DNA from: Jimgerdemannia flammicorona
Taxonomy: Eukaryota
DNA: 32,275 nucleotides
Direction of reading: 5' to 3'
Assembly: GCA_003990765.1 (NCBI GenBank)
Contig: RBNJ01000358.1
Span: forward strand, 1 to 32,275
The position numbers were made by a program, and so were the translations under genes. Under the pieces are notes generated by a model that did not search any database, had not been told where the DNA came from, and saw nothing but the letters and a program-made list of their open reading frames with translations. Below are positions 10,901 to 23,391 of the stretch, in pieces (the stretch's first letter is position 1; each line of letters opens with the position of its first letter).

Positions 10901-11577
10901 TCTGACCATAGACACCATTCCACCTCCAATGACTTCCAAACATCTAGTCCCCAGCAGCAGGCCATCAAAATCCAGTTAATTCTAGTCCCCAGACCCCCTG
11001 CCCAATGTGTATAGACCCTCCTACTCCCCCAGCACTCCCTTCCAGCATCTAATAGTGCACTTAGTCTTTCTACTCCCTCCCACGCTACCAGTTCTCCACT
11101 CCTGCTCTCAGCACCTCATCCTCCATCTGTTCTATCTAGCAGTATATCTCTAACCATATTGAAATCTCCCCCAAGTACATCCACCCCAGCCTCTGCAAGT
11201 AATCCACTCTCCTGTAAGCCTTTCACCCAATCTACTCTCTCACCCCGTACCACAGGGCAGTAGCAGGAGCCAACTGTAACTGGCCCCCAGCCTGCCCAAA
11301 TCCACTCTCTCCAGACCAGTCTCTCTCTCCAGCACTGCACATTCTATATCTCCCCTCTGCCTTTCCAAACCAAAATCCCAACCTTGCCCTTCCAAATCGC
11401 CACATCTCCCCATTCCTTCGTCCATTCCAACCAATCAGAGACATCTTCGCACTGGACATCCTGCAAGAGGAAGAGATCGGCCTCCAATCCCTTCATCCAA
11501 GTAAAAATGTTCCTATGTCGAGAAGCACCCTGTAACCCATTCACATTCAAAGAGAAAATATTGGTTGTACTGTTCAT
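7970..11577 (-). pseudogene. LINE ORF2 (APE endonuclease, reverse transcriptase, C-terminal Cys/His motif), disrupted; 3' end approximate
   Basis: IFSLNVNGL, FLLQD, GGDFN (APE); PGEDGLP, WPIMLLDMDRKL, EQRGF, LDQEKAYD, GVPQGDPLSP, AFADD, YLG (RT); CEEC..EHWLREC. Confidence 0.95.
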
Positions 11578-11603
11578 ATTGATGATATATGTGATGTCAT
11601 CAA

Positions 11604-11663
11604 TCAGGCTCTACTGCTCTTTTTTTTTTTTTTTTTTTTTTTTTATAGTCAGGCTCTACTGCT
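11604..11663 (-). mobile_element. Ultra-truncated retroposon insertion (poly(A)25 plus 4-6 nt) with 15-bp TSD
   Basis: TCAGGCTCTACTGCT (11604-11618) - C - T25 - ATAG - TCAGGCTCTACTGCT (11649-11663). T-run plus ATAGTC equals the 3' terminus of LINE family 1. Confidence 0.9.
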
Positions 11664-13675
11664 TCATGCTCATCTCCTCCTGCACCTTGTCCAGATTATG
11701 TTCCATAGCCACCTCCTCCTCCTCTGCCCTCTGAGCCTCCAATCCAGCCAGCAGTTCATTCATCTCTCTATCAGCCTTCTCCTCGAACTCCTCTTGGTAT
11801 TCGATGCATGCCTCCTGCTAGAGCTGTAGTCCATGACACTTGTTCCAGCAGTATTCAGCCCTTTCTCCAGCAACGACTACCAACTCCACCTCTCTCTCCT
11901 TATCCACCTCATACCCTTCCTCCTCTAGGTACACTGCAAGAATTTCCACCTTCAATGCCTTCATTATGCCATCCCCCTGCAGTATCCCTGCCCAATACTC
12001 ATCACTCATCACTCGCAAGTCCACTTCCCCCAACTCTTCCACCACAAGATTATTCATCATTCGGCACATCCAAAGCAAATTCCCCACCTCTTTCCCCCCC
12101 AGAGTCGCCAGCCTCCCTCCATCCAACATTGTGGTATCAGCTCCAGCACTTGCAGACTCATCCCATACTTCCAGGACATCCACCAGTTCCTCCTCATCAG
12201 CTGCCACCACCTGACTCCCATACGCTACCTCTGGAACTCCGAATTGCACCCTCTGGGCCCCTCACATTGACACATCTTCTACCACCCTGTTCCGGGAAGC
12301 CAAGCCATGCCTGATGAGAGGGGTAGGGGTAGGGGAGCCCACCCAGTTCTCCTCCCATACCTCCAGTGTACCATCTGCATATGGGTCCTTCCCAGCCTTC
12401 ATCTTGTCCTCCCCCACCTCCTTCTTGTCCTTCCCCTCCCCCTCGCTGGCCCAGACACTCGCTTCAGCTCCCCCAGTGCCCTTCACCTTGCTTGCCTCTC
12501 CCAGTGGTCTGCTATCCAGCTTGGCCAGCAACTCCTTCTGTCTCTTATACCCCTGAGTCCTCTCCCACTACTCCTTGGTCATTCAAATCTGCTTTCCATC
12601 CACTATCTCCAAGTGTGTCGCCTCCTCAAAAGTCTCCCAAGCCTTCACTCACCTCTCTACAGTACCACCCAGCTCTTCTAGTGCTTCCAATAAATCCTCC
12701 TCCTCCTCACTTCCCTTCACCCTTGTCACCTTACACAGAATCGCTCCCCAGACCATCACTGAAGACCAGTTCTTGCCTTTCCAGTGGCTTTTTTCCCAGC
12801 CAGCCGAATCCTCACATCCATGTCACCAGTCCTGAGCGAGGTCCCTTCCCAGACCCTGAACCTGATGTCCACCACCTCTCCATATTCTGCTATGAAATCC
12901 TCAACTCTCTTCCTCATCTCCATTATCGTCACCATCAACACTCCTTTCACCAGCAGTTGGACCACCCTGGGGTCCTACTTCAGGTACTGTGCCATTGGTA
13001 CACACACCTCCCCAACCACCAATCCAACCTTCAGTGTCTCCTCCAGCAGTGCTGCCTCCTCAAAACCTACCTCCACTTCTTCTAGTCCCTTCAAAAACTT
13101 CACAGACACCACTCCTGCCACCTGCTTAGTGATGAGCCCCAGCACCATTTTCACCATCACTGCCAGGCCCCGGAAGCACAGTGTGACTGCGAATGTCAAA
13201 ATCGATTTTTTGAGTAACGGGGCCACTGCCAGACCCATTACACCATTCACCAAGTCCCCTTGTCTTCTAAGCCTCAGCTGCTCAGTCTCACCATTGGCTG
13301 TTACATCTGGATTTTTTTCCAGATTGACAGTCCCATCACCATCAGCAGTTACACCCCCCCCAGCCACTACTCCCCCAGCTCTACTGCTCCCCCTTCCAAG
13401 GGCTGCTCCCCCCTGCGCTGTCGCCTTCTCAGTCTCCTTGCCCTTCCTCAGCCAGCCCTCCAGCCCTGACACCTGCTATCTCCCCTTCACTATTTCCATG
13501 AAGCTTGCCCTCCCAGATCCTGATCCTCTGCCACCTCCTCCACCCCTTCCATACCACCTGCCAGCAGGCCCCTCATACCTCCCCCCAGGCCTGGACCCCT
13601 CCCCACCTGCTGCCAGTCGAAAGCGCTTAGGCCACCCTGCCCAGTACACACCTCAGGTTGCCTGTTGGTTGCCAT
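11656..13675 (-). pseudogene. LINE ORF1 (Gly-rich N-terminus, RRM-like, acidic helical C-terminus), disrupted
   Basis: Starts MATNRQPEV; EYGEVVDIRFRVWEGTSLRTGDMDVRIRL; collinear with ORF1 of the second LINE; ends MSMKQ*. Confidence 0.85.
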
Positions 13676-13981
13676 ATTGTTAGTCTCTTTTTACCAAAAA
13701 CGAAGTTGAAAGTGCCTTCCAAAGGTTGTGTAACCTGAATGGTACTGGAAAGAGATGCCTACTAACTCTTACAAAAACACAAAAGATACCATATCAAAAT
13801 AACAGATCTGACTATACTATATTCACTATAAATTATGCTATAATATTTCTTTATATATATATCTAAGAGAGCTTTGAGCATAATGTAGTTTATATTCAAT
13901 TTAAAATATATTTTATTAGAAATGCTTAAGTACAATTCTCCTTGTTATTAATTACAGAATAAGGATAACTGTAATATAAAT

Positions 13982-13993
13982 GACAAGACTATA

Positions 13994-14081
<88 letters not shown>

Positions 14082-14094
14082 CAAGACTATATCT
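13982..14094 (+). mobile_element. Solo poly(A) insertion (TT + A81) with 15-bp TSD
   Basis: GACAAGACTATATCT at 13982-13996 and 14080-14094 flanking TT and an A-run at 13999-14079. Confidence 0.88.
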
Positions 14095-14612
14095 CTTAAG
14101 AACTATATATAAATATTATATTTGACATAAGTAAGTATTTTTAATATCAATGCTCAATACTATATCTATCATTAAGCTGTAACTGTAAATTATAATTAAA
14201 ATACATAATTATATTTTTCTCTAGGAAAGGACAAAGAAAAGCTTTTCTCTACAGAATATAATTCTATAGTAAAAGATAATTTAATAGTATTTATAGTTTC
14301 CACCTACTCATTAGAGTTGACAATTCTATTCAATTTTCAGATTCACAAATTTTTTTCATTCTTAAGAATATTATTATTATTAAATCCTGAAAAATAAAAT
14401 TTATTTCATTCTATTAAGAATAAATCAATTAATATATAATTGGATAATATCAATTCTAAAGAATAAATAGTTAAGATATCTCATTTAAGACAATAGTAAT
14501 ATAGATAGAGATATTCTATCATATAAGAGTATTCTATTACATCAGTCACATAAACAGTTACATAATTACTATAATTGAAATAGATATTTAGCCTATAATT
14601 TAAGGTTAATAT

Positions 14613-15802
14613 TGTAATATACCTGACTCAATAGAGACAAATTACAAGGTTGGAGATTGATATAGTTTGGCTTGAGCCCTCAGTTACTTTATTAAAAAGC
14701 AATAAAATATTCTAAAATTTCTAATATCCTTGTTGGTATATAGTAGTATAATAGTTAATCTGAATATAATAGTCAGTTTCTCTGATTGTGTGATAGTTGA
14801 TTTATACAGATTTTCTTATTGAGATAATTCTTAGATATAGTAGCAATTTGTATGAAAATCTCTATATAGTATAATGATCTTCAAAAGTATGCAATTTCTA
14901 CATGATAATCTCTGTTTAGTATGATAATCTTGATGTATAATGATCTGTATAGTACAATAATCTCTATGGTATAGCAGATTTCTTATACAAGTTTAGTAGA
15001 TATGTAACTCAATTTGGTATAGATTCTCCTAAATTGGTAGCTTCTTCTGGAAAATAACTCAGATAGTATAAATTCTCCTACTTACTAGGAACAGTACTAG
15101 CAGTGGATTCTTCTTACTAGGAACAGATGACTCAGATGCAGATAATTCAGATAACTTGAATAGCTCAGATGTCATGGATTCTTCTTGAATCAGCATAGTT
15201 CTCTGAGAATACAGTGAATAACTTGGGAATAATAAACTTCTTTAGGCTTATCTGACAAGTGAACCAAAAATGTAACAGGCTCTTCTTTGTATTGAAAAGT
15301 GGACCAGAGTGAGAAAGGAGCAAAGCTCACAATCTTCTAGTAGTGGCTGTAGAGCAGATATTTCTCCTAAGTATTATAATCCTTCCTAGATCAAGTGGCT
15401 TTTGACAGACATATCTCTCAAAGTATAGTAGATAGACTTATCTTTTGCTTTATATTTTAGAACTGAGGTTTATTTACTCTTATCTCTGGGGTATTTTATA
15501 TATTGTGGTTGCTATCTGGTTGCTATGTAGCTAACTATAGATTTGCTATTTGTGGTAAGTTGTATAGGTCTAGTATAAGTGTGCAGATCTAGTATAGGTA
15601 TACAGGTCTAGTATAAGTATACAGGTCTAGTATAGGTATACAGGTTCTGTACAGATATACCTTATCTAGTAGTCTGATTATTTATACAGTTTTCCATAGC
15701 AATAGTTGCTGAGTTACTATACTATGTTATCTGGTTAAGTTGCTAATTATTCACATCATCTGACTAAGTTATAATTTAGGTGATATGTTTTGGTTTATTA
15801 TA
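14613..15802 (-). repeat. 3' LTR of the gypsy element
   Basis: Direct repeat of 29159-30323; contains a 19-bp tandem repeat AGGTCTAGTATARGTATRC at ~15565-15650. Confidence 0.93.
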
Positions 15803-15847
15803 TCAGCCCCTACTAAAGGATGGTCTGTCCTCAGACTATCCTTTAGT
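15803..15847 (-). other. Short purine-rich tract (PPT position) preceded by a 16-bp stem-loop
   Basis: On minus: ACTAAAGGATAGTCTG-AGGA-CAGACCATCCTTTAGT then AGGGGCTGA abutting the LTR. Confidence 0.6.
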
Positions 15848-16355
15848 CATCATTTTAATATGCATAAATATCTTCTATATCAATATCTGTACTGTTATCT
15901 TTATTATCTGTACTATGGTCACTCTATTCTAGGAGTTCTTTTTCTTCTAAGAATAGGATTTTGACAGCATTGATGATGTTCTGATAGATGGCTAGATTCA
16001 TTCCTCATACATCATATCAGAGAAATTGTGTCTGTATCAGTACTGTAGAGTTTCATTTGTAAAGGGTATAGAGCCTGTCTGTAGCAGTAATATCTCTTCT
16101 TGATAGTCCTGTAGTATTTCAGATATACATTTATTCTGGAGCTGAAATATTCTGCAATTGTTCTCCAATTGCATAGTGGGTCTGGAGTTGATGGATCTGT
16201 AACAATTGTCCGACCAGGACAAGATTCTCTTGATGAATCTGGATTTTCTGGAGGGTATTCCCATTGACTTCTTAGAATTGGGGTAGGAAAATTAGCAGTG
16301 ATTGAAATGAGCTAAGGATGAGGGTCTGGAGGTAGTTGTCAATTCTCTGATTTAT
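15843..16355 (-). pseudogene. Accessory ORF downstream of integrase (171 codons, unknown function)
   Basis: Single frame without frameshift from ATA (inferred ATG) at 16355 to TAA at 15843: NQRIDNYLQTLIL...QTHYAIGEQLQ...TGLSRRDITATDRLYTLYK...GMNLAIYQNIINAVKILF plus an acidic tail. Internal stops are revertible by single transitions. Confidence 0.6.
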
Positions 16356-17682
16356 AATATAGAGAGAGATATATCTTGAGGTAATTGATGTATACTAATG
16401 TTCTCAGAGTTTGTCCATCCATACTTCTTAAATAGATACTGATCTCTCTGATGTTATGTACAAGATAAGATCCTTCCCACTTGGGCTCCAGTTTGGTAGC
16501 AAAGTTTGTTTCAATCATACTTTTCCAAACTAGTACTTGATCTCTGATCTTGATCTTCTAATTCTTTTGCTTCCAGTCATAGTACTTCTTTTATCTTTTC
16601 TAGGCCTTGATAATTTGAATCCAAGCTTGATTATATAACTATTCTGTCTTCTTGAGGAGGTCTTTGAGGTTCTCATAGTCAGCAGTTCAGGTTTTCTTGG
16701 CAAACATCATCTTAAATAGCTTTTATTTGGTAGAAGTAGTAGAGGTGTTCTGAATTTTCCATAGGTTCTTAGGTAAGCAGAGGTCCCAATTGGTAGAATT
16801 AACTTGGGCAAGTCCTTTCTTAATAGTCTGGTTCATTCTTTCTGTCATACTATTGGTCTGAGAGTGATATAATATGGTCTGTTTGAGGTGGATCATGTGA
16901 GTTTAGGCATAACTTGTGATTATATTATTAATGAATTCTGTGCCTTGATCAGAGATAAGTTCTTCTGGGAGTCTATATCTGAGTGTGAGTCCATGAAGAA
17001 GGCCTACAATGGTCAGAGTATCTGTGATTTCCATTGGGAAAGCCTTGGGCCATTTGGTCAGATATTTTACAAGTATAAGAATATACTTATTTCTTCTTGA
17101 TATAACTGGTAGAGATCTAATTACATCTACTCTCTATCTCTGAAAAATGTTGTCTGATAGTATGATTGGTTGTAGAGATACTTGATAGTTCTTCTTTTCT
17201 TGATACTTCTGGCAGATGTTATATTTTTTGAGTATATCTTGAACTTGTGTTCTGAGATTGTACTAATATTGATATATTGTTTATAGCTTTTCTTCTATAT
17301 TCACCTGTCCTTGATAGACTTTCTGATGTTCTTTTTGGATGAGATCTTCTTGTGCCTTGATAGTTTAAGAAGCTTCCTTTAGAGTGTAGTTCCTTAAGAC
17401 ACCCTTTCTCTGGTTCATTGGGGTTGGCAGGAAAGTATATTAACATTATTGTAAGCTTTCTCTGCTTTGTAGATGATAGTGATTTTGTAATCCTGAAAGA
17501 TAAGAATTCAGTGGGCTAGAATACCAGTAGGATCCTTGTAGCCATTTGAGGGCTATATAGTCTGTTATCAGAGTGAATCTTTTTCTGATGAGGTAATACT
17601 TGAACAGAGTAACTGCTCATATAACTGCAAGGCATTACAATTTAGTGCTGCCATAGTTCATACTGCTGATTGGTAGCTTGGC
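16339..17682 (-). pseudogene. pol: Gypsy pol 3' part: RNase H C-terminal half and integrase with GPY/F module
   Basis: NYGSTKL*CLAVI*AV..FTLITD (RH); LISDQGTEFINN, YHSQTNSMTERMNQTI (IN core); KLEPKWEGSY (GPY/F). Confidence 0.92.
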
Positions 17683-17744
17683 TTTTTTTTTTTTTTTTTT
17701 TTTTTTTTATAGTTTCTTGGACTGCCTTTTATTACTGAAGTCTA

Positions 17745-20700
17745 TAGATCTAACAATACAATGCCACTCCCACTCTCAGCCAATGCCCTGTGGGCCCAAT
17801 CCTACCCTCTCAACCCTCTCCTGCCTGAGCACCACCTAGTCACCTACTATCCGAACCCTCCTACCACTCTTCTGGGAGATACACCACACCAAACCCCTGT
17901 GGTTCCCCCCTCTCAGCCTCCAATCATGCCACTAGCCATTCAAAATGTCCAAAAGCAACCATTCCCATCATGCCACCTTGTCCCCAACCCCAACCTGATA
18001 CCCTCCCTCAAAGACATGAACCCAATGCCCTGCCAACCCAACCCACATAGCCAAAGCCCAAACAAGGGTCAGCCATTCGTCCCCAACTCCACCCATCAGT
18101 TACTAGCGGAGCTCTCCCCACCTCCCCCCTATCTCTCCCTCCAAGGCACGCAGCCCTACCTAGTTCATAATACCTTTCCAAAACTCCTCCAAAACCTCAC
18201 ATTCCCCAAGCCAATGTTCAGATGTTTGCACCACTCCTCTCTCTTGACCAATATTGAAACAATTCTCACACCCGAATTCTCTGCCAGCCACTAAGTGTCC
18301 AGACTGATAGTTCAATATCACATTCTGCCATAGGACATGCCACCATACCAACCAGAACTTGGGAGGCAGCCACTGCCTCACTCTTTTGCTCCAGAGCCAG
18401 AGTCTATTCCAATCCCACTCCTCACCAATTCCAACTCTCTGCCAGGCTTCAGGCTACAGGTCTCCACCCAGGCCTCACAGACACTCCAGACCCTCGCCTA
18501 GCTGAAAGTCCTCCACCGGAACACCACCCAGGAGTAGCCTGTCCCACCGCCACATCTGCAGTCCCCAATCCTCCTCAGCTTCATCACCTCACCACCTAAG
18601 CCCAATCTTCTTAGCACCATCCACTACCCTCCACCAGAAGCCAGTGAACCGCATCCTCCTACTCCCCTCCATGGCCACCATCATGAGCAGGTCACCTGAG
18701 TCATCATGTGGGGAGTACCGAACCTCCCACAACCTCTGCATGAGCAGCACCCACTCCCGACCCTGAAGCTCGCTCGCCCTTCGCAACCACCAAGCTCTCA
18801 GACATAGAAGCTGCTTAGTAAAGTCCACTAAACCCAGCCCACCTCTTTCTAAGGGCAGTGTGAGCACCTCTCAACCAACCTGACTTCGCTGCCCTCCCCA
18901 GATCCATGACCTCGCCATCTTCAACAACTCTTTGACCACCCAGGTTGGGAAATCCAGATGATACTCCACATACCACAGCTTTAGCATCCAGTACACATTT
19001 AGCACCATCACCCTTCCAGCGAGAGACACATGCTGGCCTCCCCATTGCAGCAGAATATTTCCCTACTCCAGAAGTTTACAGTCTCACCATGCCCGAGGAA
19101 GTAGAGATCCAAACACTGAGAAATAGATCCCCAAATAATGCACTAGTTCACCAGCCAGTACCACTGTCCCAATGACATCACCACCAACAATACCAGTGCC
19201 CAGCACCAGAGTCTCACACTTGTGCCAGTTTAGCTTAGCACCAGAACCCCTCTCATACCATTCCACAGACCTCTGCAACTCCCCCACATCTGCCAAGGAG
19301 CCCAGCCCGACCACCATATCATCTGCAAAGGCCCCCACCTTCCAATTAATCCCTAAAATGTCCAAACCCCCAATCTGATGCTGAATTATGTCCAGTAGAG
19401 GCTCCAGGGAAAGGGCATACAATATGGGTGACAAGGGGTCCCCTTGTGGTACTCCACATCCCAGGGGAAAGGTCACCCCCCTGTGGCCATTAATGACCAA
19501 TGCCACCTGACTGTCCTCCAAGAGGCTGATCAATAATCCTTGGAACCCTGGGGGGATTCCAATCCATTTCAGCACTCCCTCCAGCCATATCCTCTGCACT
19601 CTATCATAAGCCTTCTCCTGGTCCAGAAACACCAATCTGCCATCCACCCCTGCCACCCAGACATCTTCAATCACTCCATGAACCCAAGCTGTCCTGTCTC
19701 GAATCAACTGACCACTGACAAACCCACGCTGCTCCACACCAAGCACCTGCTGAGCAATTCCTTGCAGCCTCATCACTAAGATCTTTGTCACCAGTTTGCG
19801 GTCCATGTCGAGAAACATAATCGGCTGCCAGTTCTTCTAGTCCTCTCTCCTCCCCTTATTCTTGTAGAACAAAGAGACTAACTCTAGGCGCTGTCCCCCT
19901 ATCCAGGCACCAGACCGAAGAACTCTATCACACATAGCAGTCATTTCCTCTAGCACCTCGCCCACCCCAGCCATCTTCCACCAAAAATCCCAGGGGAGTC
20001 CATCCTCTCCTGGGGCTGTCCCCTTACTTGTCGAGGCCACAACCCTGCGAATTTCCTTGCCACTCACTGGGTCCCCCAATGTCCCAAGTCCCATCGCAGA
20101 GTCTGGGTGCCAATCTCCCAGCTACCTCTCAATGTCCAGAGCATCCATTCCTCTATCCTCCTCACTCCATAGATTCTCCTACTGGGTTCTCAATAGGCCC
20201 AGAATCACTGGAGACCCTACCACTAACTCGCCATTCGCGTCCAGAACCCCCTCCCACTATTGCCTCATTTGTCGTACTTATAACAACTGCGACAAAAACC
20301 TAGTAGGCCTCTCCCCCTCCTCAAGCCCCTGCCACCGCAGGCAGGCCACCATTCCCTACAACTTCACCTCCTCCTCCCTTCATAGCACTCCTTTAAGCTC
20401 ATCTACCTCCCACCAGATTCTCACAATATGCCAATTAGTCATGTCCCCATCCTCCAGCACACCTGCCCATCTCTCCATAAGTGCTGCTAGATGCTGTGAG
20501 GCCCACAGCACCCTCTGCCTTCACTGGGTATACTTCCCTTTCCCTGTTTCCCCCCAATACCCCTGAGCAGTCGCCTTCAGTCTTCTCCAGCAGTCCCTAA
20601 TCCCCAGGCCTTGTTCTCACCACCTACTGATATTTCCAACCACCTCTGTTTCCCAACCTTCCCACAACACTCTATCCTCCAATAAGGAAGAATTTAGCTG

Positions 20701-21437
20701 CCAATGTTCAGGCCCATCTTCATTTCCCCCAAACCTCCCCCTTCTAAGTAGCCCCCAGTAATCGGACCACAGACACCATACTACTTCCAGCACTGACCAG
20801 ATATCTGCTCTCCAACACTCCGCCATCAGAACCCAGTCAATCCTGGAGCCCAGCCCCACTGCCCAGTGAGTGTACACCCACCGATCAGCCCAAAATAGTC
20901 TTCCCAAATCCACTAAAGAACACAGCCTCTCTGTCTCCAACCAGTCACCCAACCCACCACTTGCACCCTGTCATCTCTCCCACCATCTGTTCTATCCATC
21001 TCCTTATTCCATACCATGTTGAAGTCACCCCCCATACAGTCTAGCCCAACTTCTCTCAATATGTCAGCCTCTTTCAATCTGTGAATCCAATCCACCCTCT
21101 CCCCTCTCTCAGCTGGGCAGTAGCAAGACCCAACCATCAACGCGCCCCATCCAGACCTCTTCCACATTCCCCACACCACCTGAGACCCCCAATGTCCAAT
21201 GTCCTCAATGTCCCCCATCTCTTTCCAAACAAGAATGCACACCTTCCCCCTCCATACTGCCACACCCCCCCATTCTCTAGTCCAATCCTGTAGGTCCACA
21301 TCCACCTCATAATGAACATCCTGTAATAAGAATAGGTCTGCATCCAGTCCCTTAAGCTATCCAAATATATACTTCCTCCTAGTCACCCCCCATAACCCAT
21401 TAACATTCAATGAAAATATCCTAGTTGTATTGTTCAT
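17745..21437 (-). pseudogene. LINE ORF2 (APE endonuclease and RT), disrupted; 3' end approximate
   Basis: MNNTTRIFSLNVNG, GGDFN, SRIDWVL, WSDY (APE); APGEDGLP, LDQEKAYDRV, GVPQGDPLSPILYAL, AFADD, YLG (RT); LPLERGGLGL; CENC..EHWLGEC. Confidence 0.95.
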
Positions 21438-21468
21438 ATTGAAAAAATGTTATAATAGTGACCCCAGC

Positions 21469-23391
21469 CTAGTACTCCATGCTCATCTCATCCCCTGCCA
21501 GATTCAAGCGCCATTCCGCTTCCAAGTTACCCTTCACATTAGTCTGAGCATCTAGCACCTCCAAGATTTCCTAACATTCCACCCTGTCCACTACCTCCAT
21601 ATCTGACCAGTAGTCCAAGCAGACTGCATGCCACTTCTCCAGTCCCTTTCTTGAGTTTCACAAGAAAAGAGCCCTGTCACTCGCAATCTTCTGAAGGTCC
21701 TCCTCCTGCTGATCATCAACTTGGTATTCAACTGACTCCAGGAGGATGGCCAGAATCTCATTCCTTATCTTCCTCGGCACCTCCTCCCCCTGTAGGATCT
21801 CCTCCCAATGCCTCTCCTCCATCACCCTAAAATCCTCACCCCCCAGCTCTTCAGCTGCTACCCCTTCCAGGGTCTTCCACATCCACTTCTCCTCCTCCAC
21901 AGCCTCTGCCATACTCTGAGTGATTTGCCCCCCATCTACCTTAGGGTCCATAAGTACACTCCTCCTCACTGACTCATCCCACTCCTCATCCGGCACATCC
22001 AGCAACTCCTCCTCCCCCTCAGCTCCACCCGGGACACTATACTGAGGGTGCACACCCTCATCCATTTTGGCATCCATCTCCAAATTGCCCTCTCTCTCCT
22101 CCCCCACTCCAGTCCTAGCCCCACCCTGGGCCAATTCTCCCCCCTCTGCCCAGGTGCTTTCCTGCAACCCTGCAACTCCCTCCCCTGGGCTTCCACTGGC
22201 CCCACCCCCACCCAACCTCACCAGCAACTCCTTCTGGATTTTCCTCCCCTGCATCCTCTCCCAAGCCCTCTTCTCCATCTGAACCCTCTTCCCATCCACC
22301 TCCCCCACCACCATCCTGGCCTCAAACTCCTTCCAGGCCAATCTCCTCCTTGCAACTGCCCCTTTCAGATCCTCCAAAGCCTCCAATAGATCCTCCTTCT
22401 CTTCCTGGGTCCCCTTTACCCTTGTGACCTTACACTCCACTGGTCCCCACCTCAATGTCGCCAGCCAGTCCCTCGACTTCCCCATATTCCCTTTCCTAGC
22501 CAGCCTCACCCTGACATCGATGTCACCAGTCCTAAGCTCTGTGCCCTCCCAGACCTTGAACCCAACATCTACAATCTCTCCATACTCCTTGATCACTTCT
22601 GCAACCAACTCTCTGGTCCTCTCCTTTGACATAGTAGGGAGGTCCAACACTGTCAACTGCACCACTTGGGGGTCCCAACGCATGCACCGGGCCATAGGGA
22701 CCACAACCCCACCAACTGTCACCTCTTTCTCTATGGCTGCCAATAAGGCATCCTCCTCCTCAAACCCCACCTCAACCCCTTCCTTTCCCCTCAAAAACTT
22801 CACTGATGCTGCTCCCTTAGCCTCCTGCGCCACCAGCCCCAAGATCATCCTCACCATTACTGCCAAGCCCCAGAAGCACATAGTGACTGTGAATTCTGAC
22901 CTCAACTTCTTGAGCAACAGGGCTGACACCATGCCCATCACTCCATCTGCCAGATCCCCAGGCCTTGTGCCCACTCCCCATCCTGAATTGCCAACCGCCA
23001 TCACATCTGGATTTTTTGCCAGATCCCCAGTCACAGCCCCATCAACAGTCATATCTCCATCTCCAGCCCCTACTCTTGCTCCTCCCCTGCCACCTGGAAC
23101 TCCCCTGGGTACACTTCCCTGTCCCCCAGCAGCAGCCATCGATGCCTTCCCCAGGCCCAACCAATCGTCAAGGCCTGAGGCCATCCTCTCCATTCTGACC
23201 TTGTCCGCGAAGGTCGACCTCTCCCCACCTCTCTGCCTCAGCCCACCCCTCCCTCCACCACCAGGACCTCAGCTAGCCATCGAGGCCCCTGGCATCCCCA
23301 AACCATCCCCCCTACTTCCCATCTGCTGCCAGCCAAAGGCACCGGCACCCCCCTGGCCAGTACGCTCACCAGTTTGATCATTGCCATCCAT
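21469..23391 (-). pseudogene. LINE ORF1 (641 codons, a few in-frame stops)
   Basis: ATG at 23391 is in frame with the 511-aa ORF 21658-23193 and with the stop at 21469; RRM-like LTVLDLP..EYGEIVDV..RTGDIDVRVRL. Confidence 0.88.

Larger units (their letters stand above)
7858..13757 (-). mobile_element. Full-length L1/Tx1-like LINE, family 1 (~5.9 kb)
   Basis: 13-bp TSD CCTACTAACTCTT (7845-7857 and 13758-13770); poly(A) tail; AATAAA on minus at 7890-7895; ORF1 and ORF2 present. Confidence 0.96.

Noticed and set aside
12784..13683. Long + strand ORFs antisense to LINE ORF1 (also 22424-23377) as a conserved antisense gene
   Set aside because: They are codon-register mirrors of G-rich ORF1; the C-rich strand has few stops and the products are Ser/Pro/Thr low-complexity.
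13771..14612. AT-rich spacer (with 30324-30554) as a gene or identifiable element
   Set aside because: No ORF or motif recognisable; probably an old decayed repeat but unclassifiable by eye.
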